The translations under genes and the position numbers were made by a program. Shown here in pieces: positions 63,806-64,000 of a stretch of 64,000 bases of DNA. The stretch is taken from assembly GCA_963701295.1 (NCBI GenBank), contig OY969585.1, positions 1,824,001-1,888,000 of the forward strand, written 5' to 3'. The notes beneath the pieces were generated by a model. The model saw only the letters and a list, made by a program, of their open reading frames with translations, ran no database searches and was not told where the DNA came from. This stretch comes from Ignavibacteriota bacterium. Lineage in GTDB: Bacteria > Bacteroidota > Ignavibacteria > UBA10030. Positions within the stretch are counted from its first letter, which is position 1. Each line of letters starts with the position of its first letter.

Positions 63806-64000
63806 GTGCTCAAAACAAGCATAATCCTGAAAGAATACTATGTACTTAAAACCAGGAAGACTTCGGATGGTTAGAGAGTTTTAATCGAGATGCCTTCCAA
63901 GACTACTCCGATAACAAACCTATCCTCTTTCTTGTAAAGTTTCGATAAAAAAAAGTATATTATACTATTATGAGGCAATTTACAGTTACATCATTATTCT

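Noticed and set aside
63624-63824. 66-aa ORF after the last kinase
   Set aside because: No motif, overlaps the direct repeat, and the other repeat copy has no equivalent called ORF

Overview
A 64-kb bacterial chromosomal window. It is probably Ignavibacteria-like Bacteroidota: one protein has a YPNPFNPSTT T9SS C-terminal sorting domain, and many signal peptides cleave before Gln. It has four blocks. (1) 1-7.8 kb is housekeeping: CIRCE-groES-groEL, a double-PUR-repeat protein, tilS-hpt-ftsH and a dolichol-kinase/CTP_transf-like membrane protein. (2) 8-20.9 kb is the best candidate for an undescribed system. A histidine kinase / sigma54 activator / PAS hybrid kinase set lies divergent from seven paralogous, secreted, Thr-rich beta-strand pilin-like genes. 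These come with a two-Ig-domain chaperone-like gene and a 1007-aa usher-like outer-membrane protein carrying a C-terminal SPOR domain. Three sigma54 -24/-12 promoters and intergenic hairpins are visible in this block. It reads as a non-canonical chaperone-usher-type pilus. (3) 21-48 kb is a (galacto)glucomannan/cellodextrin utilization locus: esterases, GH27, two GH5, GH3, GH94, GH130, GPH and SSS transporters, galK, galT and a kinase-less beta-propeller sensor. It includes two gene relics. (4) 48-64 kb is a tandem array of four mosaic PAS/GAF sensor genes, with shared intergenic repeats and flanking direct repeats. Five single-base frameshifts (tilS, ftsH, CE2, two GH5) look like assembly errors. 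All family calls come from motif recognition by eye; no searches were run.
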